From: Eledone cirrhosa
Taxonomy: Eukaryota
Assembly: GCA_964016885.1 (NCBI GenBank)
Contig: OZ024748.1
Location: 42,718,001-42,782,000, forward strand
DNA: 64,000 nucleotides
Direction: 5' to 3'
How positions within the stretch are numbered: position 1 is the stretch's first letter; every line of letters starts with the position of its first letter. Shown here piece after piece: positions 16,067 through 30,986 of this stretch. The notes beneath the pieces are model-generated. The model worked only from the letters and a program-made list of their open reading frames with translations. It made no database searches and was not told where the DNA came from. A program made the translations under genes and the position numbers.

Positions 16067-16913
16067 GTTGAGGAAAAGAAGGAGGAGAGGAAAGGAGTAC
16101 AAACTCTTCGTACTCCTGGAGATGAGGGTTGCACATTTTTGGGGAGTATGTGTTACCCATATGAACTGTCTCCCCCTATTAGGGAAAATCGACTAATTTT
16201 TAAATCGTATTTGTGATAATATTTTATACGTTTTTATTGTATGTAAACTTCCCCCTTTGTATTTGTCCCCTTCTTTTGTGCCCCTGTGGCTAATAAAGAA
16301 ACATATCTATTTCCTCCTTCCCTACTCTTTCTCTCCTCTCTCTTCTCTCTTTCTTACATTTTTAGAACGAGTATTTTAGTTGAGAGTTATATGGGTTACA
16401 TAGATATAGATTAGTGTTGTTATGAATGTTAATATTGTTTGTGTATTGTATCACAGAGAGTAACCGAAGCAGTCCAAGGGAATGTTGTAGCAAATATCCT
16501 CATAAGGCATTACGACATTTTTTGATATATAATTTATTTACAAAGATGAGAAGTAGAGTTAGCGGTGAAGATATGTCTTAAGAAATGAAAAACAAATTAA
16601 GATGTTATAAAAGAATACGCAGACCGATGGCTGGAGTTAGAAGCCACGGCCGCGGTAATTGTTCGATAGCTACATTTTGGAAAGTTTGTTGTGCAAAATC
16701 AAGAGATGTTTACCTTCTGGTGACGAGATTCAAAGAGAGAGATTTTCGAAGAGAAGCGGAAATTTTTCCCTTTCGGCGGAAGTTGAAATACATTTCCCTA
16801 CGCTGGTAGCGATTGGCTGAACTGAGCCAAACAACGTACGGAGAATGTATTCAAGAGCCATCAGATTGTAGGTCACTACACATTCATCAATAATTGGTAA
16901 TTCACTACACGTA

Positions 16914-16956
<43 letters not shown>

Positions 16957-17080
16957 TAGAAGGGGTTGGAAATCCGACAAATATAAATGTTTATACCTGA
17001 TTCAGAACACTCAACAAGTTACTGGAGTAAATATTCAATGATATTAAATAACTGGAAACTATATTTATAAAACCATATTT

Positions 17081-17141
17081 ATTTTATTATATATATTTCA
17101 AGGGTACCAAGACACATTGGTACGCTTTCATCAGATAAAAT
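17081..17141 (-). ncRNA. Type I hammerhead ribozyme
   Basis: ATTTTAT-CTGATGA-AAGCGTACCAA/TTGGTACCCTT-GAAA-TATATAT-A-ATAAAAT. Confidence 0.8.
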
Positions 17142-17239
17142 ACAAAGTTTGTTTTATAAATAGAGACATACCCATGAAAATCATACCTTATCGGTATTCA
17201 CTGGAAAGTGAATATCCAACCGATAAGGTAGAGCAGGAT

Positions 17240-17585
17240 ATAGGTGATGGATGTAGAGCAGAAGAGAAGGTTGGAAAGAACAGAAATGAGAATGGTTTGA
17301 TGGATGAACGAAGTATCACTCAGAGAAAGAGAGGGGGGGGGGGCAATGAATTGCAGGAGATGGTGGGAATAGAGCCAGTGATGGATGCTGTTGAAGAGAA
17401 ATGGAATCAGATAATTGGATTATGTGTTGAGGTGAGATGAGGGTGACTGGGTTAGAAGAGTGATGGAAATGAAGGTGGAAGTAAGTAGACAGATACGGTT
17501 AAAGCTAATGGAAGAAGAAATGAAAGTCAAAGTGTTGGTGCAGAAGGATGTAGGGGATAGGATAAAACAAAGAAGCTTGTTATGA
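17240..17585 (+). mobile_element. RTE-type LINE 3' fragment, degenerate
   Basis: Across frames: RRLERTEMRMV*WMNEVSLRER..ELQEMVGIEPVMDAV..GDWVRRVMEMKVE..DVGDR, typical of RTE C-termini. Confidence 0.65.
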
Positions 17586-17747
17586 GGCCTTCTTTAACAC
17601 TAAATCAAATGCCTAACACTAATTTAACACTATGTTCTGAAATCAAATTCTGCTATAGTTGACTTTTTTTTCATACTATCCAGTGAATATCCAACCGATA
17701 AGGTATGATTTTCATGGGTATGTCTCTATTTATAAAACAAACTTTGT

Positions 17748-17810
17748 ATTTTATCTGATGAAAGCGTACCAATGTTGTCTTGGTTGCCCTTGAAATATAT
17801 ATAATAAAAT
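17748..17810 (+). ncRNA. Type I hammerhead ribozyme (inverted copy of 17081-17141)
   Basis: CTGATGA 17755-17761, GAAA 17792-17795, helix I ATTTTAT/ATAAAAT. Confidence 0.75.
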
Positions 17811-17911
17811 AAATATGGTTTTATAAATATAGTTTCCATTTATTTAATATCATTGAATATATATATATATATACACAATACATTAACAGAGAAAGCCTTA
17901 AGCTATACTCT

Positions 17912-19670
<1,759 letters not shown>

Positions 19671-19682
19671 ATATATATATAA

Positions 19683-19900
19683 AGACGATCGACTTTCGTC
19701 AAATCGGACCGAGGGAACAATGCTTCCGTCGGTCTTTCCAATTGCTAATACTATCTATCGGTCGCAACTCCAGGTAGAAGGAGCAACGTGAAATAAAGTG
19801 TCTTGCTCAAGGACATAACGCATCGCCTGGTCCAGGAATCGAACTCACAACCTTACGATTGCGAATTCAATTCTCTAACCACTCAGCCACACGCCTTCAC
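19683..19900 (-). mobile_element. tRNA-derived SINE with RTE-like tail
   Basis: Reverse complement TGGCTGAGTGGTTAGAG..GAGTTCGATTCC..GTCCTTGAGCAAGACACTTTATTTCACGTTGCTCC. Confidence 0.85.
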
Positions 19901-20294
19901 TTTCTATATATATATATATATTAATGGGTTAAAAACTCACATTAGTTCTTTGTAACCAAAGTAGGTCAAGAAAAATTTTCCGAGCCTAATAATATAATAA
20001 AGAGAGACAAACACAGATATATACATATATGGGTGCAAATCACAAGAGACAAAGAACCGCCAGGGTAAAGAAAATACTGACTAAAGATAATACGGTTCAC
20101 AAGACACAATTAAAAGGATAAATTAAGATTTACAAACCGATTATGATAACTATCAACATCCAGTCAGCTGTGAACCGTATTAGTCAGTATTTTCTCCATC
20201 CTGGCGGTTTACGTCCCTTGTGATTTTAACTCATATACGTATATATCTGTGTTTATCTCTCTTTATTGTATTATATCTATCTATCTATCTATTT

Positions 20295-20862
20295 ATCTTA
20301 TTTTTTGTTATATTTTATTTTATTTTTATATATTGTTATTGCCTCCTCCTTATTGAGGACGCCTTGTTTTGTAAACTCCCCCCATTGAACTTGTCCCACT
20401 TTTGATGCCCTGGTGACAAATAAAAGAAACATATCTATTTATCTATCTATCTATAGTTTCTTCCGATATCATTTCGGAAGAAGGATCAGGATGGAGAGAG
20501 AGGTGCTGCACCCCAGCCGTTTCTATGAAAGATGGGTGAAAGTGGCGAGAATGGCCCGTGTGAATGGGCCTTCACTCTACATCAGACTATAGGTGAGGAA
20601 GATGAAAGACCAAGGGAGCACCCCTTCTCTGTGCTCCTGAGGAGAAGGGTTGCACACTTTTTTCGGGGGGATGTGCGACCCCCCAAGGCGCCTCCTCTCT
20701 ATTGAGGATTTTGTTATAAATTTTATTTTTTGTTATATCTTATTTTATTTTTATATTTTGTTATTGCCTCCTCCTTATTGAGGACGCCTTTTTGTGTAAA
20801 CTCCCCCCTTTGTACTTGTCCCACTTTTGATGCCCTAGTGGCAAATAAAAGAAACATATCTA
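20295..20862 (+). mobile_element. Two tandem Tx1-like 3' fragments
   Basis: 3'UTR-only piece ending AATAAAAGAAACATATCTAT (about 20440), then FFRYHFGRRIRMERE..LYIRL* plus 3'UTR (20455-20862). Confidence 0.88.
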
Positions 20863-21373
20863 TAAATACAATGCTTAATGATTTCAGCAAGATTATTATC
20901 TAGGACATTGCTATTTATATTTCGAAGGTGTATCTTCGACAAACTCCAACACACACGACGTACCACATGGCTTCTATCAGATAATTTATAAAAAGAGAAA
21001 ACAAATATATTTAGAAAACAATAAACTACCCGTCACCAGGTGCTTGTTAAATTAAACATATTTACAATTGCAAAATTACATCTTACCTTTCTTGGTTGTC
21101 GTCCGAAATATCCAGCACCTGACGTTGTTCAGTGTTCTAGGTAAATGTTAATGTGAGAGCAAGCTGGAGTAAAAGACTTTCTTTAAAAGATAACATAAAC
21201 AATAAGGTTTGTGTTTTAAATAGGTTTACAAGATGATTTTAATGGTTTTATATGACATGTAACTGATTAAAGATTCTTGTGCCAACTTCCCGATATTAAA
21301 CTCACAAGAATATTAAATGCCATGTAAAATAACCATAATTCTTCTGTGTAGGCGTCTTTCTTTATTCTGTACA

Positions 21374-21454
<81 letters not shown>

Positions 21455-21594
21455 ATATTAACAAATGGAAACTATATTTATAAAATATACAAATAGTTTC
21501 CATTTGTATATTTACTCCAATAATTTGTTGAGTGCTTTATATCAGTTATAAAAATATTTTGCTTGTTGAATCCCAACAAATTAAATATAACCTC

Positions 21595-21667
<73 letters not shown>

Positions 21668-22231
21668 TTGCGAGGTTTTTTATATGAAATCGTGTGTCGA
21701 AACAGATATTGTTATATTTGGGGAGGGTCATATTTGCGTAATATTGCCAGAATTAATAACAGAACACACTCACTGTTTGGTTGGTTTTCGCTTCTCGCTG
21801 TCTTTTATATATATATATCTGCGATCTAACCTACTCGGTCCTCAATGTTGCCATTGACTGACCGGCGGTCAAAAATAATACAGATACAATATAGACACAA
21901 ACACATATATATAGTTTACATAATTTACATAAATCTTTCGTTGCACATCTGCAACATCGTCAGTGGTGTTATATTCATTGTTCCTCCTGTTGTGTTGTAT
22001 GTCTACGCCATTTTTTTTGTTCGGTCTGTCTATATATTTATTTATTTATTTGCTTGTTTGTTTATCTTATTTTATTTTGTCTTCTTTGCGCATGCGTTTG
22101 CGTGTGTGTATAGTGTTATGTGTGATGTGTGACTAGTGTGTATAGTGTTGTGTCTGCTGGGTGACTAGTGTGTGTTTATGTGCTTGTGTATGTATTTATT
22201 TATCTTATTTTATTTAATTTTATTTACTTAT

Positions 22232-22606
22232 TTATACTTCTCTTAGGTCAGTGTTGTTTGTTTGGGTGTTGTTGTTGTTCCACTCATTCTTTCTGTTTAG
22301 CTTTGGTCTTCTAATTTCTATTTCACTGGCCTCTCTGATTTGCCTATCTGCTGGGTCATTCCTATGTTTAGATATTATTCTAATTTCTATGTTGTCTATG
22401 TTACCGTCATGTTGTTGTCTAGCATGTTCGTATAGTACTGACCCGTTTTTTCGTCCTTTTAGTTCCCCCCAGTGTTGGTCTATCCTTTCACCTATGCTAC
22501 GAGCTGTCTCACCTATGTATGTTGTTGTCATGTTTCTGCAAGTACCCTCTGTACATCTTATGCTATAGACTACGTTTCTAGTTTTACAGTTTATCCGGGG
22601 GTTCAC
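22232..22606 (-). pseudogene. PLE GIY-YIG endonuclease domain
   Basis: NCKTRNVVYSIRC..YIGETARSIGERIDQH..REASEI..PKLN. Confidence 0.88.
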
Positions 22607-22761
22607 CTTACAAATGATACATTTCCTATTGGTACAGTGGGTTTTCTTAAAAGGGTAGGTTTTGCTGATCAGGGATTTTATGGATTTTATCCCTGATCAG
22701 CAAAACCTACCCTTTTAAGAAAACCCACTGTACCAATAGGAAATGTATCATTTGTAAGGTG

Positions 22762-25700
22762 CCAGGCACCCATTTTCTGTCTTCGCTTAACTCAGGACTG
22801 CAGCTCTGTTAGTGAGACAAGTTGTGGAAGAACTTGTCTCACAAACGACAGCCACACCGGTTTACCGGTCAGGAATACCTGGAGATGACGTAGCCTCAGC
22901 GCATGTTTGCGCATCATCAACCACGGCATACCCAGTCCTCCGTTAGAAGGGTGTTGACAGCAGATGGATCTCCTCACCAATGGAGCCTGTTTCTTCCAGA
23001 GGAACTTAAAGAGTAGGCGTTCCATTTTGGTAAGGTATTCGCGGGGGCAAGGCACGACTGTCAAGCGGTAGTAGATGACGGACGCTATGTAAGTGTTCGC
23101 CACCTCCGCTCGACCTTTCAATGAGAGTTTGCACTCAGCCCACTTCTGGGTGAGTGCAAAAACCTTTGTCGTGACCTCGTTCCAGTTCTTGTCCACCTGG
23201 AGGTCTGGACCGAACCAGACCCCGAGTAATTTCACCGGTCCTTCCGTCCAGCGTCCAACGACACTGTCGGAAGGCATGGATTTGCCTCTCCATGTGCCGA
23301 GTTGCAAACCGACAGACTTGTTTGGGTTTAGTCTTGCTCCTGTCAACGTTTCGTATTCCTGTAATAGATTGCCGATTACCCTGATTTCCGAGGTTTTCGA
23401 CACCATTACGGTTATGTCGTCGGCATAGGCTGACGCTGCTTTCCGCAGTCTTGGTTCGATCGGGATGCCCTGCAACAGCTACAATTTCCGCAGTAACGGC
23501 TCGAGAGTCAGTACATACAGAATGGAGGAGAGAGGGCATCCCTGACGGATGGAACGCATGATTTGGAATAGTTCTGATAGGTAGCCATTCACCTTGACTG
23601 CCGAGCAGATGCTGGTGTGCATGGCAGCGATCTAGCCTCCGAAGATGGGACCGAAGCCGGCCGCCTTGAGAACTGCTTCCAAGTATTGATGGTCGACCCT
23701 ATCAAATGCCTTAGACTGATCTACATTGATCAGATCCCCACCAAAGCCAGGTTTACACCCTACCCTCTCTGTGATGTATCGCATTGGGTGGAGGTTGTCG
23801 TATATGGACATGGTCGGGAGTGCACATATTTGGGCTTCCCCTACCAGGTTCTCGACGACAAGCGCCAGCCTTGCTGCTAATACCTTGGCCAAAATCTTTA
23901 ACTCTGCGTTGAGCTGAGTTATGGGCCTGAAATTGCTTATCTCATCCCCCTTGTTCTCATCTTTCCTGATCAGCGTTACTACGCCTCTGCCTACAGAACT
24001 GGGAACCTCCCGTTCTGCTGCCTGTTGCAGTAGACCGCTTCGAGGACGCCAGAGATAAAGCCTGGCATGCCTATGTAAAACTCATAGGGTAGACCATCTA
24101 AACCGGGTGATTTGCGTTTCCCGCAGCGGCCTAGGGCATCTTCTATTTCGCCCGCTGTGATCGGCCTTTCGCAGCTCTCCGCATCCGTGCTCGAGAGTCG
24201 CGGTACGCCGTCGAGGTAGGAGCTGAAGTCCATCACCTCGCTCGATATACCGCTTTGCCCGAACAGTTGTTCAAAATGCTGCTGGAAGGCCGTGCACATC
24301 TGCTTGGATTCAAGTATAATGCGTCCATCTTTGTCTTGCAAAGACCGAATTGTGGATTTGTTGCCACTTTTCACCTCTGCCACTCGGGCCCAGCTAACAG
24401 CTTTGGCTCCCTCGTTTCTTAGAGCACGTTCTACTTCTGACAATACAACCTTCGTGTTTCACGTTGAAGAACTGGTCTAGTGCCGTTCTCGCTGCTAGCA
24501 CGTCAGCTGTACTGCCATTCCTAAGTGCCTCTTTTATTTTAGCTACCAGTTCCTTTTCAGTTTTTTTTTTTTCTAAAGCTACTTCCTTGCTAAAGGCTAT
24601 CTATTCTATTCTAATTGCTCTCTTGAGAGAGCTCCACTACCTGTTGTTGACGATCGCCCCCGTCAACTGGTACTTAACTAAGGTGCTAATCCGTTTACTG
24701 TAGGCCTTACGAGCCGGGAGCGACATGTTTAGCTTCCAGTATCTGGGTTCCTGTCTATGTGTTCTATCAGGGTTGACTACGCAGGTGATTAATTTGTGGT
24801 CTGAATAGGCAACCATGTGCATTTATGGACAGCTTAATGTTTCCTTATCATTCTGTCTAATTAAAAATCTATCTAAATACGATCTAGAAGACCCAGTGCG
24901 GTTGCTCCATGTCCACAGTGGTGCACTTGGGAAGTCTAGTCGATATCTATCAGCCAGTTGGAATTGGCTGATGAGATTTTTTAGGTTATTACACCCCCCT
25001 CTATCATCACAAGCTCCTACATAGTCCCAACGTGCGTCTAAGATGCCATTCCAGTCCGCCGTTAACACTAAGGAGCGAGACGTTCCCAGGAATGGCTCCA
25101 GACGCTTGAAGAACTCTGGTCACGATGTCCCAGTCGGGGCATATACGGCCACCAGTCTGAAAGCTCCACCTTCACTACCATTCACGTCCAGGACCACCAG
25201 GCTGCCCTCCGGGTCCAAGTGAATCGTCTGTATTTTGAGATCCAAGTTTTTTCGAAACAGAACAGCAACTCCCCCTCCACCTCCTGGCTGACAGAGAGAT
25301 GCGTCGATCTCAAAATCATCGAACATGGGGGTTAGCTGCTGCTTGTCGTGAATCCTGGACTCGGTGATGGCTATCATATCTATACAATGTGACCTGAGAT
25401 CATTTAAAAGCTGGCCCTGTTTCCAGGACATGCCTAGGCCACGAACATTCAAACATCCAGCTTGTATAGTCGCCATGTTGGTGAAGAAGAGTTAAGGAGA
25501 GAAAAGGCAGGAACACTTACCTTTTCGTTTCCTGGAGGTCGGGTTGTTCGATCTCCATGTCCAGATTGGTGGTGTTTGGGGAGGGAGGGAATCCTTTTAG
25601 CAGGACACGGTTAAGGGGCTTTTGGCAAGGGGTCCACATCATGTGGGAAGTTCTCTTTTAAAGTTTCATACTGTAGGGTTGTTACCCTGATAAGTTTGAG

Positions 25701-27390
25701 GTTTGGGGATGGGTAGTTGGTGGGGAAGGTTTTCCCTTCCGTTTGTATTGTGGGGTCCTTTCGGACAGTTTTCACCAGTTCTTTGTTTCTTGTTTTTATG
25801 TATGTGTAGCGTGTTTTGTTTTTTATGTGTACTGTTTCTGTTTGTAGTTTTCTTTTTGTGGTTGGGGTTTGTGATTGTGGTGGTGGTGGTGTGGGTGTTT
25901 GTTTTGTTGGTGAAGTGTTTGGTTGTGTTGGTGGTGATTGTGTTGTTGGTGTTTGTCGTTTGTGGCGGTGTGTTTATGGTAGGGTTGGGTGTGTGCGTAT
26001 TTTCTGTAGATGTTTTTGTATCTTTTTTGTGTCTTTTTTGTTTTTTGGATTTTTGGGGTTCCTCTTCATTCCAACTTGGAGATGTAGAGGTTCCTGTATC
26101 TGAGACTTCTGAATCAGGGATAGATGGGAGAGGTATGTTGTGTGGTGGAGTGTTTGTGCAGGTGTTTGTGGAAGTATTTGACAGGGGGGGGGGAGGCAAT
26201 GGAGGGTTTTTCAGTGGGATTTTGTGTGTGTGGTTGTCTCTGGTCTGTGGTGGTGTGGGAGTGGATGTTGCAGGTTTTTGTGTTGTGTTTGGTTTGGTGT
26301 GTTGATGTTGGGGTTTTGGTGTTGGAAATAACACCTTGTTTGTCCTAGGTTTGTTTAAGAGAGGGCAAAAGGCCTTTAAATGTGTGGTTTCCCCACACTT
26401 ATGGCACAGGTCTTTTCCCCTCCACTAAAATGGAGATGACATCTTCCTCAAGGACGTTCCTGTCCGGTATTTTCTCAACTCTCTCTGGCCTCATTTGTAC
26501 CAGAACCTCGATGCAGGTTCCAAAACAGTTATTCCGGTCTGTCCTGTCTACAGATAGGAGGGTGTCCTCATCCTTCTTCAGGATGCAGCGTAGGATCCAC
26601 CATATGGTTATTTTTATTTTGTAGGATCTTCTTCCCATGTATGTGGGGAAGACGATGTGTTGATCCGTTTTTATTGGGTGAACCGAGTGTTTTTGTGCCA
26701 GAGTTTCGCTCTTAAAGAGCACGCACACACTTCCATACTGTTTACCTCTTTGGAGGTATGCCACGTTTGGTTTGATGTCTTTTAGTGCAGCTTCGATAGT
26801 GCTTGTTGGGAGCGTTATGGTTTTTTGGTAGTGATGTCAACTGTTCTATAAATTATCTTCTTTTTCTGTATCATTTCTCTTACTTGTGGGGGTATGTGTA
26901 TGTGTGGGGTGTCTCCCTCAAACGTCACATATTGGAAGCTTCTTCCAAATATTGGGACTTTGGGGAAATGTCCATGGAGTAGTATTTAAAATCCTGTTTG
27001 CTTAGCAACGGCTGCTGCGAATGAAATGTTGTTGTTATTGTTGTTGGTGGTGATGATGGTCTCATTCTTTGTGTTGCCACTGATTCCTTTCGTTGTGTTG
27101 TTGTTGCTTGTGGTGGTGTAGTATTTGCTACATATACTTCCTTCTGTGTGTGGATACATGTGACGTTTGTGACGTCAGGCGTGTTCAGTTGTTTACAAGC
27201 AGCTGAAGCTTGTCCCTCTTCTAAATGTTGAGGCGATAATGTTGGCATTCCTTTCTCCATGTCTGCTACTACCTGCTGGTCAAGTAGGCATGGCTTTCCC
27301 TTCCCATCTTCTTGTTTTGACAAAAAAGTAGGTGCCTTTGCTTCAGCCATTTTATAAAAATTGAAGTGTTTTGCAAACATTTTTTTTTTT
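22762..27390 (-). mobile_element. Tx1-like LINE copy C (diverged subfamily), 3'-truncated
   Basis: ORF1 pieces 25666-27380; ORF2 from ATG 25476 (MATIQAGCLNVRGL), RT YADD, DQSKAFDRVDH; broken at 22762 by a PLE-derived palindrome. Confidence 0.92.
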
Positions 27391-28013
27391 CGAAAATATT
27401 TTGGATGTTTTTGCCCTGAGCGGCACGATATTTTGAGAGACTGACCAGATGAAAATTTGACGTGTCACTCCCTCTACAAATTGGTATAAAAATAAAAGTT
27501 CACAATGACGAATTTCTAAAAAAAATTTAAACAAAACTTACCGAGCAAGTTTAACACATGTGTCCATCCCAGAGATAGATATAGATAGATAGATAGAGAG
27601 ATAGATAGATAGAGAGAGTAGATGATGAAGAAATATATATATATAGTATTTGATCACACACACACACACACACCCCTCTCTCATATATATATATATATAT
27701 GAGAGAAAGGGGGAGGGGTGATCAAATACTAAGACAGGTATGTCCACATTTTTAAATGATTTATTCATTTTTCTTGTTTCTTTCTAAACTATATATCAGA
27801 GATATAAGCAGTGGACAGATGGTGGAGAAATATAGTAATCATTTCTATTATATAATTGAAATGATATAAACTTAAGCTGTTATATTGACCTTGCTGATCA
27901 ATATAGCTAGAAATATGCTAATGTTGTCAGGTAAAACAAAGCAGTAACGTTACATCAACTAAACACCTCATGGCACTCGTTCTCCTCCTTCTCTGTCTAG
28001 AAGTAAAATCTTA

Positions 28014-28205
28014 TAATTGTTTCTACTTTTGGCACAAGGCCAGCAATTATCCCAGTGTATTACTGGTACTTTATTTTATCGACCCCGTAAGGATGAAAGG
28101 CAAAGTTAACCTCAACGGGTTTGAACTCAGACCGTAAAGGGACGTAACTATGCTGGAAAGCATGGCGTCCGACCCTCTACCGATACTGACAATTCACCAC
28201 CTTTC
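28014..28205 (-). mobile_element. OK-like SINE (paralogue of 10437-10625)
   Basis: Near-identical sequence and flanks. Confidence 0.85.
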
Positions 28206-28524
28206 AAATCTTATAATGGCAGTTTAATAATTCATTCCTCCGGGTTCGGTAAAAGAAATAGAGTTGCAGGAAGCTTGGCTGGAGACGGCCAATTGGTATT
28301 TGTGGTATTTGTTCCGTGGACAAAAATGTGCCCGAATGAAGGGCCAAGTGGTAGCAGATACATGTTAAGTGTATACTATATATTTGTTTATACTATATAT
28401 ATATATTTGTAGTATGGTTGCTTGGATGCGTCCATAGGCGGTATGCCGGTTGAGCACTCTATGCTCCTTCGGAGCAGAGTATAATAATATGGAAAACAAA
28501 GAGGATTTGCTTCGAAATTATTAG

Positions 28525-28617
28525 ACGTATCTGAGGAACTTGCGAATCCAGAATCAGGTTCGATCCACAAATAGATCGCATCTAGAGCTGTTCGCCGGAG
28601 AAACAATTGTAATACGT
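28525..28617 (+). ncRNA. Type I hammerhead ribozyme with extended helix II
   Basis: ACGTAT-CTGAGGA-[long stem]-GAAA-CAATTG-TA-ATACGT. Confidence 0.8.
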
Positions 28618-28661
28618 AATAAATCGTGTTCCGATGCATCACTGATTCTTCGTTTTCCATG

Positions 28662-28741
<80 letters not shown>

Positions 28742-30447
28742 AAAAAAGAGGAAAAAAGAGAAAATCGAAAATGCAACTGGAGTCTTTTTTTTTTATATAT
28801 ATTTATTTGGTTCCTTTACCGGTTTCGCAGTTCTTCTGCTTTTCGAAAGTAGAATTGAGATGGAGGGTTTGTGGTTTTTCTCACACCTGGTTAGTCTTTG
28901 AATGTTACTTCTGTTTTATATGGAAAAAAGTGGCTCGAAATGCTAGGTTTTTAGAGAAGTAATTTGGTTGGTTGATGTCTGTCTTGTGAATAAGTATAAT
29001 AAATTTCGCGCCAGTTCTCGTTACAAAGTTCTTATTATATTTGCCTTCAAAAAAAGGGGGGCTCAGGTTGTTTTTTCATATATGAGTGAAGTTTGGTTGG
29101 TTGATGCAGTCACGTGAATAAACACATCAGCTTTCGCGCCAGTTTGTGTTTGAATTTCTTTTCTCTTAAAAAAAGGGTGGCTCACGAAGGCTTTTTTTTT
29201 AAATGTAAATTGATTGGTTATAAATGAAATTATGACTGTCACGTGAACAAGAACATTAAATTTCGCGCCCGTATTTTGGAATTTTTTTTTTTTTTGTAGC
29301 CATTTAGAGATTTTGTGCCAAACAAAAGATAATGGTCAAGAAAAACGAGATGGGGAGAGTTGTTCTGGTTCAGTGAATATGGCTGGTGTGCTCGGTTGTC
29401 AAAATTCAGACTTCTATTGAAATAAATAAAGTAGAGATATGTATGTTTATTTGTGTGCTGGTGTGTGTGTGTGGGGGGGGGGGTTATATGTGTGTGTGGG
29501 AGTATGGTTAGCATGTTAAGATGGAGAGAATATATATATATATTTGTGTGTGTGTAGGAAAATGATTCCGTTAGTAGAAATGGGGGAGTGAGTTATGTGT
29601 GGGGGGAGGTTTAGCATGTTAAGGTGTTAGAGTATTAACGTATGTCAAGGTTTATTTAGTTCTGGTTTTTATTTTCTAAAGTAGAAGGTGTTATGTGTGT
29701 GTGTGTATGTATGTGTCTGTTTGGATAGTTAGCATGTTATGGTGTTGACATAATGTATATTAAACTATATTTAATGCTGGTCTATATTTTTGAATAAACA
29801 TATTTTCCTTATTTATTAGTATTTGTTCTGTTGTATTGTCAGCGCAAAGATAAAATGGGAAGACTTAGAATTTGGGTAAATTTAATGCACTTGTTCACGT
29901 GTGAACCAGAACAACTCTCTCCATCCCCTTTTCTTGACCTTTATCTTTTGTTTGGCACAAAATTCTCTAAATGGCTACAAAAAAAAAAATAAATAAATAA
30001 AAATTCCAAAATACGTGCGCGAAATTTAAAATACTTGTTCACGTGACAGTAATAATTTCATTTATAACCAATCAAATTACATTTATAAAAAAAGCCTTCG
30101 TGAGCCACCCTTTTTTTTTAAGTAAAAAGAAATTCAAACACAAACTGGCTTATTCACGTGTGCTTATTCACGTGACTGCATCAACCAACCAAACTCACTC
30201 ATATATGAAAAAATAATCTGAGCCGCCCTTTTTTTAAGGCAAATATAATCCGAACTTTGTAACGCGAACTGGCGCGAAATTTATTATACTTATTCTCATG
30301 ACAGTCATCAACCAGATGTGAGAAAAACCACAAACCCTCCATCTCAATTCTACTTTCGAAAAGCAGAACTGCGAAACCACTAAAGAACCAAATAAATATA
30401 TTTAAAAAAATAAAGACTCCAGTTGCATTTTCGATTTCCTCTTTTTT

Positions 30448-30527
<80 letters not shown>

Positions 30528-30570
30528 CATGGAAAACGAAGAATCAGTGATGCATCGAACACGATTTATT

Positions 30571-30663
30571 ATGTATTACAATTGTTTCTCCGGCGAACAG
30601 CTCTAGATGCGATCTATTTGTGGATCGAACCTGATTCTGGATTCGCAAGTTCCTCAGATACGT
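30571..30663 (-). ncRNA. Hammerhead ribozyme (mirror copy of 28525-28617)
   Basis: Reverse complement of the same fold. Confidence 0.78.
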
Positions 30664-30986
30664 CTAATGATTTCGAAGCAAATCCTCTTTGTTTTCCATA
30701 TTATTATACTCTGCTCCGAAGGAGCATAGAGTGCTCAACCGGCATACCGCCTATGGACGCATCCAAGCAACCATACTACAAATATATATATATAGTATAA
30801 ACAAATATATAATATACACTTAACATGTATCTGCTACCACTTGGCCCTTCATTCGGGCACATTTTTGTCCACGGAACAAATACCACAAATACCAATTGGC
30901 CGTCTCCAGCCAAGCTTCCTGCAACTCTATTTCTTTTACCGAACCCGGAGGAATGAATTATTAAACTGCCATTATAAGATTTGAAA

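Larger units (their letters stand above)
11423..16310 (+). mobile_element. Tx1-like (L1 group) LINE copy A, 5'-truncated in ORF1, frameshifted
   Basis: ORF1 zinc knuckle CYHCLSSGHLKAYC; ORF2 APE (NVRGL, GDWN, SDH), RT (KSPGLDGL, FRPITLLN, DQSKAFDRVDH, QxCPLS, YADY), C-terminal CPRC..ETIAHAFIHC; AATAAA tail. Confidence 0.95.
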
